The notes under the pieces are model-generated. The model saw nothing but the letters and a program-made list of their open reading frames with translations, had not been told where the DNA came from and did no database searches. Below, in pieces: positions 63,170-64,000 of a stretch of 64,000 bases of DNA. Made by a program: the position numbers and the translations under genes. Each line of letters opens with the position of its first letter. Positions within the stretch are counted from its first letter, which is position 1. The DNA lies in IMG/VR virus record IMGVR_UViG_3300036987_000420, positions 9,577 to 73,576 of that record; one strand, written 5' to 3'. The stretch comes from a virus (lineage: Duplodnaviria > Caudoviricetes).

Positions 63170-64000
63170 CACACACCTCCGTCGCCATCGAAGGCGCCCA
63201 GCACCGGCGCGCAGTGGCGCGCGAAGCGCTCGCTCGCCGCCTCGGCGATCGGCGCGAAGAACGACAGGTAGTACGCGGTCGACACGATGGACACGTGGCC
63301 CATCGCTGCCGCGAGCGCCGGGAGCTTCGCTTGCACGTCGACGCCCGCGCGATACCAGCGCCACAGGGTGTGCACGGCGTACGTGTGCCGCAGGTCGTGC
63401 ACGCGCGGGGGCTTGCCGCGCGCCGTCCGGACACCGGCGCGCCGAAAGAGCAGGCGCATGCTCATGCCGAAGCTGGGTCCGGTGTACGCGTGTCGTCCGT
63501 GGAACCGGTTGGTGAGAAGCGGGGCATCAGCGGACCACGGCAACCGGCGACGGGCGGCGAGGTAGCGCTCCATCTCGCGGGTCGCGTCGTCGGAGAGGGC
63601 GACGATGCGCGACTTGTGGAACTTGGACGAGCGAATGAGCAACGTGTGTTCGACGGGGTCGTAGTCCGAGATCACAAGCCGGACTATCTCGCCACGTCGT
63701 AGGCCGGTCGTGTATAGGAGCACGATGGCAAGGCGGAAGACGGCCGAGCACAGCGGCGAGTTGGGCCGCGTGCGCAGGGCATCCGTGGTGCGCAACAGAA
63801 CCAGAATATCGTGCTCCGTGAAGATGTAAGGCTGCGACCGCGGGTGGGGACGTGGGAAGAGGGCCGGATCGGGCACGAAGTAGTCCGGGGCGGTACGGCG
63901 GCCCGTGTAGCGCAGATGCAGGAGAGCTACGGCCTCGACGACCTGCTCGCCGCCATCGGCCATGCCCTGCGCTACGGAGCGTACGACGCGCAGTCGATCG
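63169..64000 (-). CDS. Tyrosine recombinase (RitB-like), 5' end outside window
   Basis: TGLRRGE, SKFHKSR, HDLRHT, MGHVSIVSTAYY. Confidence 0.88.
   Translation of the reverse strand, partial: DRLRVVRSVAQGMADGGEQVVEAVALLHLRYTGRRTAPDYFVPDPALFPRPHPRSQPYIFTEHDILVLLRTTDALRTRPNSPLCSAVFRLAIVLLYTTGLRRGEIVRLVISDYDPVEHTLLIRSSKFHKSRIVALSDDATREMERYLAARRRLPWSADAPLLTNRFHGRHAYTGPSFGMSMRLLFRRAGVRTARGKPPRVHDLRHTYAVHTLWRWYRAGVDVQAKLPALAAAMGHVSIVSTAYYLSFFAPIAEAASERFARHCAPVLGAFDGDGGV

Larger units (their letters stand above)
62047..64000 (-). mobile_element. RIT element (recombinase-in-trio), partial
   Basis: Two tandem overlapping tyrosine recombinases; terminal TCATGTGGAG x2 and CTCCACATAA sites. Confidence 0.8.

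Noticed and set aside
63900-64000. Possible insertion in RitB between RLRVVRS and RRTAPD
   Set aside because: At the window edge and cannot be told apart from divergence without an alignment.

Overview
Very GC-rich bacterial DNA. The lipoprotein style suggests a Myxococcota/Deltaproteobacteria-like host (inference). Positions 1-49412 are a temperate, contractile-tailed prophage, truncated at the left window edge and integrated at a tRNA-Val(CAC); the duplicated tRNA 3' half marks the right att at 49371-49412. Its modules are: a leftward recombination/repair operon (Gp3-like, Rad50/SbcC-like, SSB, UvrD, ASCH, DUF5131, Myb-like); a lambda-like switch (PL/OL, hicBA, cI-like, PR/OR, cro-like, cII-like) with a readable ATTAGG-N5-CCTAAT operator; replication genes with iterons; a pR'/tR'-like late promoter; head genes including a MuF protein with a metallopeptidase tip and a candidate immunity gene; tail/baseplate; and lysis. 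Positions 49450-64000 are a decayed island: integrase, IstB, terminase, DUF927, MTase, HNH and NTPase fragments, a group II intron inserted at the start codon of an AbiE toxin-antitoxin operon, two lipoproteins and a RIT element. Most notable unexplained signals: (i) three dispersed, sense-strand, covarying 24-nt hairpins GTCTCAATCCCY-TCA-N3-GC-RGGG that resemble the 5' part of a CRISPR repeat, one hidden inside the Rad50-like CDS; (ii) three counter-oriented small genes, two of them zinc-ribbon paralogues, each behind an inverted repeat that encloses an extended -10 box and pairs with the RBS; (iii) a signal-peptide-bearing paralogue of the tail fibre; (iv) a tRNA-sized structured RNA in the early operon. 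All calls were made by eye; no searches were run.
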